From the NCBI GenBank assembly GCA_965369995.1, contig CBDURO010000003.1, positions 8,292 to 72,291 of the forward strand: a stretch of 64,000 nucleotides of DNA, given 5' to 3'. The position numbers and the translations under genes are program-made. Under the pieces are notes generated by a model, which was not told the origin of the DNA, ran no database searches, and was given only the letters and a program-made list of their open reading frames with translations. How positions within the stretch are numbered: the stretch's first letter is position 1; each line of letters begins with the position of its first letter. Shown here piece after piece: positions 51,386 to 61,158 of the stretch. Origin of the DNA: an uncultured bacterium (GTDB lineage: Bacteria; Fidelibacterota; Marinisomatia; Marinisomatales; JAHJCW01).

Positions 51386-52194
51386 TTCAGATTTTCCGCT
51401 AAATGGGGATTGTCAATGATTATTCCATCAATATTTTTATCAATTAACCAATTTCTGGTATAAACATTATTTACTGTCCAAGCATTTATGCGCATATTCC
51501 GCCTTTTGCAAAATTGACTCAATTTATCGGTAATTAATTCAACTTTAGGATGAAAGCAATCCGGCCGGGCAATAAAAACTCCCTTAAAATGACTCGCTTT
51601 ATCAAAAATGAAACCAGTCGGTATTGATTTTGAAATTAGCTTAACCATTCGCACCACGAGCGGATTAAAACTAGAGACGATTACTTTTTGAGGTATTTCC
51701 CCTCTCTTAATTAATCGTGCAACTTTTATTGCAGCTTTTAAGTCAAAAGTGCTTTTCGTCTTGATCTCTATATTAAGCAAAACTGTTTTGGGTAAAGATG
51801 TTGCTACATCTATTAATAACGGTATCGCCTCTTGTTTTGCCGGAGGAAATTGTCTACCTGTTTTTACTTTTGCTAAATCTTGATAATCAATTTCATCGAT
51901 AAATCCCGCGCCATTTGTTTCACGTTCCAAATCGAAATTATGGGAGCATACCAATCTGTCATCTTTAGTCAGCATAACGTCTAATTCGATTGCGCTCAAG
52001 CCCTTTTTTATCGCTGAGCGATAAGACGCAATCGTATTTTCAGGAACGTTATGCCGATCACCACGATGGCCGAAAAAGATTGGCTTATCACGGTAGAGAT
52101 CATCCAAATCCATCCCCCGCCAAAAGGTAATGTATCTTACGGTCAATAAGACAAATACTGCGATTATAACAAACACGATCATTTGGCGGGACAT
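51382..52194 (-). CDS. glycerophosphodiester phosphodiesterase
   Basis: N-terminal TM; FGHRGD..PENT, ELDV, GD-PD TIM-barrel pattern; stop shares a TTAA with the purH stop. Confidence 0.85.
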   Translation of the reverse strand: MSRQMIVFVIIAVFVLLTVRYITFWRGMDLDDLYRDKPIFFGHRGDRHNVPENTIASYRSAIKKGLSAIELDVMLTKDDRLVCSHNFDLERETNGAGFIDEIDYQDLAKVKTGRQFPPAKQEAIPLLIDVATSLPKTVLLNIEIKTKSTFDLKAAIKVARLIKRGEIPQKVIVSSFNPLVVRMVKLISKSIPTGFIFDKASHFKGVFIARPDCFHPKVELITDKLSQFCKRRNMRINAWTVNNVYTRNWLIDKNIDGIIIDNPHLAENLN

Positions 52195-54134
52195 AATACT
52201 AATTTTTGATATTGATCGCTATTTCGTATTGCTGTTTCATCAAATTCTATCTTGCGGAAACTATGTTTATTAAACAGCTCAGCTTGGTCAGCATAATAAA
52301 CGCTTTTAGGCAAGCCTGATTGCCCTGTGGGTAAAATAGAATAACCTGTATTCATGTCAGATAAATCAAATATTCTCTGTATACTAGTTCCGGAAATTTG
52401 ATTATATGAATTATCAAAATTATATTCGCTGACATTTAAATTACTATTTGAGCCATAACCATCAAATGGACCAATGTTCAAATTAAATAGTTTAGCAATG
52501 ATTGATCTTTCATATAATATATGTTTATATATTTTAGTATTAGTTTTACCCCATTGCCAAGTTAAAATATTTTCTCCAAAATCTTTCTCTATTTCACTTA
52601 AAGCTTCATCAACTGATTTTATAACTATTTCAATTAAACTTTCTTGATAACCTACAGTTTTAATATCGTCAATCCAGCCGGATCCTGAATTATTTAGTAT
52701 CATATTCATACTTTCTTCAGCGAGAATTGGCAGACTAATAAATATATCAAATACATCTTCTCCAACGAGAGAAAACTCATCCATAAATATATTTTTTAAT
52801 AATTTTGTGTAAATAATATTTATTAATAAAGCTTCCGCTGATGTTGCAGATTCATCGCCATCCCAATCATATAACATGCTCACAGATGTCTTTTTAATTG
52901 GATTATTATCCATATATATTTTTGCTATTTTATGTGCAATTTCAGCTTTCACGAGATTTTTTGTTTCAGATAGTTGATTTACAATATCATTGATATATAT
53001 ATTGTCTAAATCCGCTAAATGTTCTTGTAACAATTGAAAACGCCGCGATAGTTTTTTGGGATTGAGATAAAGTGCTGCTGTATCTATATAACTAAACGAT
53101 ATATCAAATATGGTGTTTTGATCTAGATTAAAATTACCATTGGCAATATCAAATAAAGTATTAATTGTCTCAACGCTTAATTGTCCGGTGAATGCCCATG
53201 TAGCATGATCAGTTCTTCCCACCAAAGGTATAGGAAACCCGGGAATCAAAGCACCTTCTATATTAAAATCACCACTATTTAGATGCATTTCGTACCATTT
53301 GGCGGGCTGCTGTAAACCCCAAATATCATCAAAGATTAGAATCGGTTTTTTGGAAGCGGTCTGTTCTTGTGGTATTATCATCACATCGCTCCTCAATAAC
53401 GAACCGGTAGCGCCAATTAGTTCCCAAATTTGATTTTCTACAACCCAATTCATTCTGTTAAGTGAATCGATAAAAAAATCTTTTTCAGAGTTAATCCAAT
53501 TAAAAGTATCAACAGTAAGTAATTCTAAGAGCTTTGTTTCTCCAAAATATTGTCTTATTGTATTTATAAACCATCCGATTTGTCTATTCTGTCGAAGGTT
53601 ATCAGTCATCATGGTACCAACATTAATAACATCCGAAGATGTCCACTTGAGTGGTTTTGTATTCAATATTTTAAAAGAAAGCGGTAATGTTCCTTCTGTT
53701 TCATCAATCCAAGTATTAATACCTGAACAATAGGAATTAATTAATATTTCATTCTCATAATTAATTGATGGTTGATTTTCACTGCTTACTGAAAAAAGGT
53801 TATTCTGTTTAATGTAATTGTCTAGTAAAACGTAATCATCACCAAGAAGTGTTGATATTTCACCACGAACCACAGCCATCAATAGCGATAATTGAAACAA
53901 TCGTTCCCGGGCAATAATATATCCTGCTGTATAAAATAAATCTTTGTTATTTTTAGCAAAAACATGGGGAATGCCATAAGGATCGGTAAATACCTTTACC
54001 GTATCTTGTAATTCCGCCAGTGATTGCGTACCATTGTATTCAGGAATATTATAATAGAAATATAGTTTAAATGTCAGGACAGTTAGCAGAGGAAGAAAAA
54101 CCGTAAATATTAGTATATATTTTAAATACTTCAT
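52179..54134 (-). CDS. penicillin-acylase-family (S45 Ntn hydrolase) protein
   Basis: GIPHVFAKNNKDLFYTAGYIIARERLFQL N-domain; putative nucleophile segment RSDVMIIPQEQTASKKPIL..WYEMHL aligns by eye to SN....G..LLANDPH..WY..HL. Confidence 0.75.
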   Translation of the reverse strand: MKYLKYILIFTVFLPLLTVLTFKLYFYYNIPEYNGTQSLAELQDTVKVFTDPYGIPHVFAKNNKDLFYTAGYIIARERLFQLSLLMAVVRGEISTLLGDDYVLLDNYIKQNNLFSVSSENQPSINYENEILINSYCSGINTWIDETEGTLPLSFKILNTKPLKWTSSDVINVGTMMTDNLRQNRQIGWFINTIRQYFGETKLLELLTVDTFNWINSEKDFFIDSLNRMNWVVENQIWELIGATGSLLRSDVMIIPQEQTASKKPILIFDDIWGLQQPAKWYEMHLNSGDFNIEGALIPGFPIPLVGRTDHATWAFTGQLSVETINTLFDIANGNFNLDQNTIFDISFSYIDTAALYLNPKKLSRRFQLLQEHLADLDNIYINDIVNQLSETKNLVKAEIAHKIAKIYMDNNPIKKTSVSMLYDWDGDESATSAEALLINIIYTKLLKNIFMDEFSLVGEDVFDIFISLPILAEESMNMILNNSGSGWIDDIKTVGYQESLIEIVIKSVDEALSEIEKDFGENILTWQWGKTNTKIYKHILYERSIIAKLFNLNIGPFDGYGSNSNLNVSEYNFDNSYNQISGTSIQRIFDLSDMNTGYSILPTGQSGLPKSVYYADQAELFNKHSFRKIEFDETAIRNSDQYQKLVLCPAK

Positions 54135-54345
54135 TATTTTAAACCGGTGAAATTACCAGTTCAAAACCACCATAAACAATAACACTATCAATATTATATG
54201 AAAAAAAGGATGACGGCGTTAGACTAAGTAGATATTCTTGGTCTGCTTTTGACAATTCAATAGTAATAAAATATTAAAAAATTCACTTTTTACTATACTA
54301 TTTCATATTAAAACACTCTGTGTATTGCATTACAACTATTCGCCA

Positions 54346-54400
54346 GAAAATAACGGGAATTAACTTCCCCCGCTCGCAATAGCCAATCCCCGTTATTTTC
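54346..54400. repeat. 12-bp-stem inverted repeat GAAAATAACGGG ... CCCGTTATTTTC
   Basis: Perfect arms (54346-54357 / 54389-54400). The 31-nt loop contains GCTCGCAAT and a competing GGGAA-TTAAC-TTCCC mini-hairpin. Confidence 0.55.
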
Positions 54401-54508
54401 AGCACAAGACAACAAAAGTTGTTTCGCTAATCAATGTTGTTTCAAATGTTTGTTATTAGTTTTTTCCTATATTATTTAAAAAAATCATCAATGCCGGGGT
54501 TTATGTCG

Positions 54509-54778
54509 CTATAGCGCCTCACCAAGTTTTGGGATAGTGCGCCCCCTCTCCAAGGGGGTTATTGCATTCTCCATAGAGCATAAATCACAAGGCATGAAAT
54601 TCAAACCTTTTCCAGCAAAACCACCGGCATTGACTAGTTTATTATAGCTTTTAAAATCATTCTCATATTCAGAGACATTCTGAATATTTCTTGAATTAAT
54701 TAAACAACGAAGTTGTCTGATCACATCTGTCTGCGCGGCTTGGGGTAATATTTTTAATGTTTTGTTCATTGTTTTCAT
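54509..54778 (-). CDS. orphan hypothetical protein (89 aa)
   Basis: Only ORF of 60 aa or more in an 880-bp gap; no motif recognised; coding status uncertain. Confidence 0.3.
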   Translation of the reverse strand: MKTMNKTLKILPQAAQTDVIRQLRCLINSRNIQNVSEYENDFKSYNKLVNAGGFAGKGLNFMPCDLCSMENAITPLERGRTIPKLGEAL

Positions 54779-55013
54779 TATATAGTAATAATTTACTCTG
54801 TAACAAATGTATCAAATACTGTGCCAAATTAGTAAGCATAATATAATTAAGATCTTATGTGAGGCGTGGTGTGGTGTGTGTTCCATTTTGAAACACTAGT
54901 TTGTTCAATTTGTTACAAGCTCAGCAGGATGTTTTTGTTAGATCAACATATAAACAGTTTCAATTAATTATTCTTTTTATTAACATCATACTAAATAATT
55001 ATGACAAAAACAT

Positions 55014-55832
55014 ATGCCTGAATTGCCTGAAGTAGAAACTGTTGTGCGGTATGTCTGTCCCAAGATTGTTGGAAAAACAATACAAAAGGTTGTTCCACAA
55101 AATAACTATGATAAAGTTTTTGCAACGCACACAGTACGGCAATTCAATAAATTATTAACAGGGCAGGTTATTAAGAATGTCATGCGCAGGGGTAAATTTA
55201 TTGTTTTTAATCTTGACCAGGGACATCTCTTAATTCATTTGCGAATGACGGGACGAATATTATTGAAATTGTCTGAGGATGATAATCCTAAGCACCTTAC
55301 CGCTATTATTTATTTTAAAGATAAATCATCTTTATATTTTAAGGATTATAGAAAATTCGGAAGGCTTTATTATTATGATTCTTTGGATTACATTAATAAT
55401 AAACTGGGTATTGAACCATTATCAAAAAGTTTTACAGGAGATTGGTTATTTAAGAACTTGCAAAATTACAAACGACAGTTAAAACCACTCTTACTAGACC
55501 AGGGCTTCATTGCCGGGCTTGGAAATATTTATGTTGATGAGGCGCTTTGGTCTGCAAAATTACACCCGCAGCAAATTGGTTTATCGGTTAGCCGGAAAAA
55601 ATCCGATATTCTACACAGTTCAATTCAAAGGCTCTTACAAACCGCTATTGATAATCAAGGAACAACTATAATTAATTTTTATTTTGGTGAAGGTAAAAAG
55701 GGAAATTTTAGCGAACAGCTACAAGTTTTTGGAAGACAAGATCAGAAATGCACCCGCTGTAAAACAGTGATTAATAAAATTCGTGTTTCGCAGCGTGGCA
55801 CACATATTTGCCCGCAATGTCAGCGAATCTAG
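55014..55832 (+). CDS. mutM: formamidopyrimidine-DNA glycosylase
   Basis: MPELPEVETV N-terminus, H2TH region, C-terminal zinc finger CTRC..CPQC. Confidence 0.93.
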   Translation: MPELPEVETVVRYVCPKIVGKTIQKVVPQNNYDKVFATHTVRQFNKLLTGQVIKNVMRRGKFIVFNLDQGHLLIHLRMTGRILLKLSEDDNPKHLTAIIYFKDKSSLYFKDYRKFGRLYYYDSLDYINNKLGIEPLSKSFTGDWLFKNLQNYKRQLKPLLLDQGFIAGLGNIYVDEALWSAKLHPQQIGLSVSRKKSDILHSSIQRLLQTAIDNQGTTIINFYFGEGKKGNFSEQLQVFGRQDQKCTRCKTVINKIRVSQRGTHICPQCQRI

Positions 55833-56279
55833 CTATTTGATAACCCGATACTGAAATTGGTAAATGCCTTCAGTTTTAGCAACCGGAATCATCCTCACAA
55901 ATTTCAGTGACAGTTCTCGATCAAGTTTCGGAAACAGCGGAATTCCTTTTCCAAAAACAATAGGGTGGGGAGTGATATACAGGTGTGTTAAGAGCTGTGC
56001 AAATTTTGTGTAGATCCTTCCACCGCCAATTACAAAGCATTTTTCCGTATTTAATTCATCCAATATTTTCTTGGCACTGTCATTCCGATGCACAACAATT
56101 GTTTCACGTTCTTTAAGTTCAACTGCGAGAGTTTTTTCTGTATTAGAACCCATTATCACAGGATATCCCATGGTCTGTTCTTTAAAAAGGGAGAGGTCTT
56201 TTGACCAAGCGATTACTTCTTCGCTATTTCTAGCAATAAAACCATCTACAGTAACAGCAGCAATTAGTATTACATCCAT
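55833..56279 (-). CDS. dihydrofolate-reductase-family protein (RibD C-terminal-domain-like)
   Basis: 148 aa; IAAVTVDGFIA, VIMGSNT, FVIGGGRIY pattern. Confidence 0.6.
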   Translation of the reverse strand: MDVILIAAVTVDGFIARNSEEVIAWSKDLSLFKEQTMGYPVIMGSNTEKTLAVELKERETIVVHRNDSAKKILDELNTEKCFVIGGGRIYTKFAQLLTHLYITPHPIVFGKGIPLFPKLDRELSLKFVRMIPVAKTEGIYQFQYRVIK

Positions 56280-56290
56280 ATTTTATCTCT

Positions 56291-56412
56291 GTAATTGCGA
56301 GCAGTGTAACGACGAAGCAATCTCTTTTTGTCCCAAGTAAGGAGATTGCCCGTCTGCTCCATGGTTACGCCGGACAGGCTCCCTCCCACACAGTGCGGGG
56401 GTTCGCAATGAC
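56291..56412. repeat. about 120-bp nested inverted-repeat element (ATTGCGAGC ... TTCGCAATGAC type)
   Basis: Outer arms GTAATTGCGAGC / GTTCGCAATGAC (10 of 12); inner arms GACGAAGCAATCTC / GAGATTGC-CCGTC; fills the M16-to-DHFR intergenic gap. Confidence 0.65.
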
Positions 56413-56417
56413 AAATA

Positions 56418-59231
56418 TTATTCTTCAATCGATTTTCCGTCTTTATCAAGTGATCCAGCTGCAACGAAAAACATCTTGTCCTTATCAATATATTTTTGAA
56501 TTGTATTATTGATTTGGTCAACTGTTAATGCATTAATCAATTCCGGAAATTTATCTAAATAGCTATTTGGTCTTCCGCGATCAGCGTTCGTTAAAATTTG
56601 TCCGGCTAAACCACGTGTAGTTGCCAAACCAACTTTATACGAACCGGTAATTGTTGATTTCTTGGCATCTAACTCAGCTTGAGTAACGCCATTTTCAAGC
56701 CACGTTGTTAATTGTTCAATAGCTGCGTCATGTCCTTTATCAACAAGCTGTGGTGCGAATGTTCCCCAAATCGCCCAATATCCATCATTCCCATTATCTA
56801 CGCCACCAACCCACGATTGAATCCCATAAGTTAACCCCTGTTCGTCTCTTATGGTTTGCATTAAGCGTGCCGAAAAATTTCCGCCCAAAATATATGTACC
56901 AACCATTAATGGATAATAATCTTTGTGGTCGCGGTCTATTCCTATCGGTAAACCGATATAAATATCTGCACTTGTTTTTTCTTTTATAGTAACATATTCT
57001 GTACCCGCTTTGACTTGATTGGCTGTTAAAGTTGGCTCTTTTTTGTCCAGCGGAGATGTTTTCCAGCCTTTAAATACTTTAGCAATCTCCTTGCTAAATG
57101 CCTCGCTGTTAACATCGCCCACGGCGACAACTGTTATGTTTCCCAAACCATAATATGTTTTATGATAATATTTTAAACTAGCCGGCATAATATCATTAAT
57201 CATTTTAATCCGGTTATCAATTTTATAAGTATAGTTTGGGTGGTTTTTTGGATAAAGTTTACGCAAGAATGCTCCACCCGCTTGCCTTTGGGTGTTTTCT
57301 TTATCTCTTTTTAAATTACTAACCAAACGAGTTTTAAGTGTTTTTAAATCATCTTTGTTAAACGCCGGCTCTCTTAGTTGCTCCGCAAGTAAACTGAGCA
57401 CTAAGGGAATATCCTCTTTCAAACATTTGGCGCTAAACCTTACATGATATTGTCCGCTTGAAAAACTGATACTTGCACCAACAGTCTCCAGTTTATCTGC
57501 TATCTCAAATTTAGATTTATTTTTTGTTCCTTTATCGAGCATTGCGGCCGTTAAATCCGCTATCATCATATTGGCTTGCGGGCTGTATTGATCACCGCCT
57601 AAGAAACTGCCGGTTATTGTCACTACATCCTTTACTCCTGTTTTCATCGTTAACAAACGAATTCCATCAATTGGAGTTTGTTCTATAATTCTGTCGGCTA
57701 TTTTAGCCTCGGAAACTACATTGCCATCCGATTTTCCCTCCGGACCAGATGTATAATTATATGGGTGATGTGCTTTTGGATTGCTCGGTTCTCCACCGCC
57801 ACCACCACCGCCCGCTATCTCCGGTATAAAATAGCCTGTAGTACTTTTATCTTCTATCAAATATGTTTCAACAATACGCTTAATGTCTGCTTTGGTAACT
57901 TTATTGATGTTTTCTAAATAATTAGTGTAATATGTCCAGTCACCTGTGGCAATTGCTTCATTTAGATTTGAGGCAATTGAATACGAACCGTCACGGCTAT
58001 AGGCTTGTTCGGCACGGATTTGTCCTTTTGCTCTGACAACTTCTTCTTTTGTAACACCTTTATTTTTAAGTAACTTATATTCATCTAATATAATTTTTTC
58101 AACACCTTCATGTTTAGTTCCCGGTGTTAAAAATGCATAGGTTATGAACAAACCGTTATCTCTAAATGGATAATCCCATATACTAACTTTTGTCGCCAAA
58201 CCTTTGTCCACAATTTTTTTATATAATCTGCCTGACTTTCCGCCACCTAATATTCTTGATAAAATCTGAAATGTATAATTGTCTTTATGCAATCCTTCCG
58301 GTGTTTTGTGTGCAATTCCAACTATTCCCATTTGTCCCGATCGTTTAATCACAAAACGTCTGGCACCTTCTTGTTCCGGTTCGGTGGTGTACATTTCCGG
58401 AATATCATGCGGAGATTTTGTGATTGTACCATAATTGTCTAAAATCATTTGTAATGCATTATCTTTATTGAAATCGCCGATTATTGTTACGGTTGCATTA
58501 TTAGGCCAATAATATGTTTCGTAAAACTCACGCAAGCGTTCTGTTGATACTCCTTCGATGTCTGAACGCCATCCAATTGTTGAATGATGATAAGGATGTG
58601 CCTGATAAGCTGTCGCCCACATATTTTTGTCTAATGTATTAAAGGGGTCGTTTTCACCGCGTTCAAATTCATTTATAACAACTGTCATTTCCGGTTGGCG
58701 GTCTTCATCTCGCAGGAGCAAGTTTCGCATACGGTCAGCTTCGATTGCAATAGCGCGACCTAAATGTTCACTTGGCAAAAGTTCAAAATAATTGGTTCTG
58801 TCCATCCAGGTTGTAGCGTTGATTTGCGCTCCAATATCTTGCAGTACTGTCCAAATCGGATTTCCGGTTTCTTTGTTAAAATTCTTTGATCCTTTGAACA
58901 TCATGTGTTCTAATAGATGTGTAGATCCCGTGTGTCCGATCGCTTCATTACGAGACCCTACATGATAGGTTACCATAAAAGTCACCACCGGAGCGGAGTG
59001 ATCTTCCATTAATAAAATGCTCAAATCATTTAGTGCACAACGATATTCATCAATGCCACCTGATGATTTAATAAACTCAAACGCTGTTTCAATCGTTGGT
59101 ATTTCTATTGATTCTTCTTTAGTCATTTCTTCAGTTGCCTTTGTTTCTGTCATCTTACTCCCCATATTTTCTGCGCAAGATGCTATTAAAAGCAATCCTG
59201 CAATATTTAATAGAATTCTTTTTAGTTTCAT
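56418..59231 (-). CDS. M16 (insulinase/pitrilysin) family zinc peptidase, tandem double unit, lipoprotein
   Basis: Lipobox LLIASC; inverted zinc motif HLLEH...E; second inactive-type M16 half after a GGGGGGG linker; 937 aa. Confidence 0.9.
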   Translation of the reverse strand: MKLKRILLNIAGLLLIASCAENMGSKMTETKATEEMTKEESIEIPTIETAFEFIKSSGGIDEYRCALNDLSILLMEDHSAPVVTFMVTYHVGSRNEAIGHTGSTHLLEHMMFKGSKNFNKETGNPIWTVLQDIGAQINATTWMDRTNYFELLPSEHLGRAIAIEADRMRNLLLRDEDRQPEMTVVINEFERGENDPFNTLDKNMWATAYQAHPYHHSTIGWRSDIEGVSTERLREFYETYYWPNNATVTIIGDFNKDNALQMILDNYGTITKSPHDIPEMYTTEPEQEGARRFVIKRSGQMGIVGIAHKTPEGLHKDNYTFQILSRILGGGKSGRLYKKIVDKGLATKVSIWDYPFRDNGLFITYAFLTPGTKHEGVEKIILDEYKLLKNKGVTKEEVVRAKGQIRAEQAYSRDGSYSIASNLNEAIATGDWTYYTNYLENINKVTKADIKRIVETYLIEDKSTTGYFIPEIAGGGGGGGEPSNPKAHHPYNYTSGPEGKSDGNVVSEAKIADRIIEQTPIDGIRLLTMKTGVKDVVTITGSFLGGDQYSPQANMMIADLTAAMLDKGTKNKSKFEIADKLETVGASISFSSGQYHVRFSAKCLKEDIPLVLSLLAEQLREPAFNKDDLKTLKTRLVSNLKRDKENTQRQAGGAFLRKLYPKNHPNYTYKIDNRIKMINDIMPASLKYYHKTYYGLGNITVVAVGDVNSEAFSKEIAKVFKGWKTSPLDKKEPTLTANQVKAGTEYVTIKEKTSADIYIGLPIGIDRDHKDYYPLMVGTYILGGNFSARLMQTIRDEQGLTYGIQSWVGGVDNGNDGYWAIWGTFAPQLVDKGHDAAIEQLTTWLENGVTQAELDAKKSTITGSYKVGLATTRGLAGQILTNADRGRPNSYLDKFPELINALTVDQINNTIQKYIDKDKMFFVAAGSLDKDGKSIEE

Positions 59232-59402
59232 TATAATACCTCATATTGTATTTTGTATAAGGACAAGAAAATACAAGTTTAACTATAAATTATGTAAAAG
59301 TTTTTATTACTTACACACTTGTATGTATCTTGTTTCAATATTTCTTTAATTTAGAATAAATTACTATTTATTTCCATGCTAACTGTTTTATTTTTCACAA
59401 CT

Positions 59403-60050
59403 ATGAAACTTATATTATTTCTTTTATCACTATTGCTAATTGGCTGTTCCTTCCAATCTGATTCAAATAATTATTCCCAAGAAGAACTCCATTACTTCAC
59501 TAAAATTGCCCTTGGCGCTGAATTTGGCGATGAAATACCGGTAATTAAAAAATGGACTGGTGATATTCGTATCAAAGTCAATGGTGAACCTACTGAAGCA
59601 GACTTGCAAACTATCACCAATATTATTGATGATCTAAATAAACTTATTTCCGGAATTAAAATTAAGCAGGTTGATAAAAAGGAAAACCTTACAATTACTT
59701 TTTCACCCGAATTTGATTTTGCAGAAATTGATCCTAATTACGTGCCGACAAATTATGGTTTCTTTTGGGCGCTTTGGCATGATGACAATTTTGTTATTTA
59801 TGACGCAAGCATTCTTGTTTCATCTGCTGATATTACCCAACAGGAGCGCTCTCATTTAATTCGTGAAGAATTAACCCAAAGCCTTGGTTTAATGAACGAC
59901 TCCAACAAATATAATGACAGTATATTTTATCAGGAATGGACGGATGTCACCAAATTCTCAGAAATAGATAAAGTAGTAATAAAACTGCTCTATCTAATAA
60001 AGATCAAGCCGGGCATGTCCAAAGAACAAGTTCTTGAGGTATTAAATTAA
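59403..60050 (+). CDS. lipoprotein, possibly DUF2927-like
   Basis: Lipobox LLIGCS; IREELTQSLGLMNDS resembles the DUF2927 motif from memory; family call is weak. Confidence 0.4.
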   Translation: MKLILFLLSLLLIGCSFQSDSNNYSQEELHYFTKIALGAEFGDEIPVIKKWTGDIRIKVNGEPTEADLQTITNIIDDLNKLISGIKIKQVDKKENLTITFSPEFDFAEIDPNYVPTNYGFFWALWHDDNFVIYDASILVSSADITQQERSHLIREELTQSLGLMNDSNKYNDSIFYQEWTDVTKFSEIDKVVIKLLYLIKIKPGMSKEQVLEVLN

Positions 60051-60319
60051 TTTCTGATAAAAATCACGTTCACGCGATGGTGCGGTCTGTGATGCTTTTG
60101 TTTATACCAACGTCTTAAATCATCCCTTTCGGCTTTTGTAAGCAGTCCAACATGATGAACCTTAACGGTGACCACCTTATGATGTGTTACCGGAACCACG
60201 CGCACTATGCGATGTTTATAGTTGCTTACGAATATTGTTTCACTTGGTGGTGCGGTTACGCAACCGATCATTGTAAACATGACAACTGTAACCGCCAATA
60301 TCATGATATTCCTTTTCAT
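60047..60319 (-). CDS. small basic His-rich lipoprotein
   Basis: MKRNIMILAVTVVMFTMIGC lipobox; HH..HH..KHHRPHHR clusters; start taken at 60319, not 60376. Confidence 0.45.
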   Translation of the reverse strand: MKRNIMILAVTVVMFTMIGCVTAPPSETIFVSNYKHRIVRVVPVTHHKVVTVKVHHVGLLTKAERDDLRRWYKQKHHRPHHRVNVIFIRN

Positions 60320-60393
60320 AGATTCTCTTCCTTTTTTACTTAGACCCACAACTACTATAAATGTTAAATTTAACAATAAATATGGGTAATAAT

Positions 60394-61146
60394 ATGAAAG
60401 ATCAAGTTGTATTAATTACCGGGGCTTCCGGTGGAATCGGTTCCGTAATGGCGGCTCAGTTCGCCGATGTCGATGCTAAAGTAATTGTACATTATAATAG
60501 TCAGCAGGAAAAGGCTGAAAATCTTTGCAAAAAACTTAAGGGCAAAGGACATATAACCATTGGTGGTGATTTAACAAATCTAAAAGATATTAATAAAATT
60601 GTAGAACAAGCAATTGCTACCTTTGGCAGAATTGATATTTTAGTCAATAATGCGGGGGTTTATTTTGAACACCCGATTGATAAAATCGATTTCACCGAGT
60701 GGCAAGCGGCGTGGAATAAATCTATTAACACCAACCTTTTAGGTCCCGCAAATCTTACTTTTCGTGTTGCAAAAGAAATGATTAAAAGCAGTGGTGGGAA
60801 AATTATTAATATTTCATCTCGCGGTGCCTTCCGCGGTGAGCCGACTGCACCAGCCTATGGAGCAAGCAAAGCTGGATTGAATGCAATGAGTCAATCACTT
60901 GCTATTGCATTGGCACCGCATAATATCTTTGTATATGCTATTGCTCCGGGGTTTGTCGAAACTGCGATGGTACGTTCACATCTAACAGGCGATAGGAAAA
61001 AAGAAATATTAAATCAAAGTCCGCTTGGGCGTGTTGCCAGGCCGGAAGAAATTGCTAAAACGGTTGTTTTCTTGGCATCCGAAGGAACTGATTTTTTAAC
61101 CGGCTGCATAATTGATGTGAATGGTGCATCGTATTTAAGATCCTAA
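60394..61146 (+). CDS. SDR-family oxidoreductase (FabG-like)
   Basis: TGASGGIG, NNAG, catalytic YGASKAG. Confidence 0.9.
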   Translation: MKDQVVLITGASGGIGSVMAAQFADVDAKVIVHYNSQQEKAENLCKKLKGKGHITIGGDLTNLKDINKIVEQAIATFGRIDILVNNAGVYFEHPIDKIDFTEWQAAWNKSINTNLLGPANLTFRVAKEMIKSSGGKIINISSRGAFRGEPTAPAYGASKAGLNAMSQSLAIALAPHNIFVYAIAPGFVETAMVRSHLTGDRKKEILNQSPLGRVARPEEIAKTVVFLASEGTDFLTGCIIDVNGASYLRS

Positions 61147-61158
61147 TTGTTCTCTATT

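Noticed and set aside
52179-54134. Penicillin-acylase homologue possibly lacking its Ser nucleophile
   Set aside because: By-eye alignment places a Ser (RSDVMII) at the expected beta-chain N-terminus, so there is no clear evidence of inactivation.
54509-54778. Orphan 89-aa ORF as a RiPP or bacteriocin precursor (internal ..VNAGG followed by a Cys-containing 36-aa tail)
   Set aside because: The leader does not fit the double-glycine consensus. No C39 peptidase/ABC exporter, rSAM or other maturation gene is nearby.
54859-54882. GT-rich run GTGAGGCGTGGTGTGGTGTGTGTT as a microsatellite or G-quadruplex
   Set aside because: It is too short and irregular, and it has only three GG runs.
56394-56412. 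tRNA T-arm-like string GCGGGGGTTCGCAATG
   Set aside because: GGTTCGCAAT deviates from GGTTCGAAT. No acceptor, D or anticodon arms can be drawn around it, and it is the right arm of the repeat element.
56071-56521. ORFs 56071-56340 (+) and 56270-56521 (-) spanning the intergenic repeat
   Set aside because: They are generated by read-through of the palindromic element and by overlap with the real DHFR-like and M16 genes. Their repeat-derived peptide motifs are not genes.
57792-57812. Seven consecutive Gly codons in the M16 peptidase as a slippage or phase-variation tract
   Set aside because: The codons are mixed (GGA/GGT/GGC) and not a homopolymer or perfect repeat. The tract is most simply a flexible interdomain linker.
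59246-59276. Inverted repeat TTGTATTTT ... AAAATACAA in the M16/lipoprotein divergent promoter region
   Set aside because: Its arms are almost pure A/T in a very AT-rich spacer, so it is indistinguishable from chance without comparative data.
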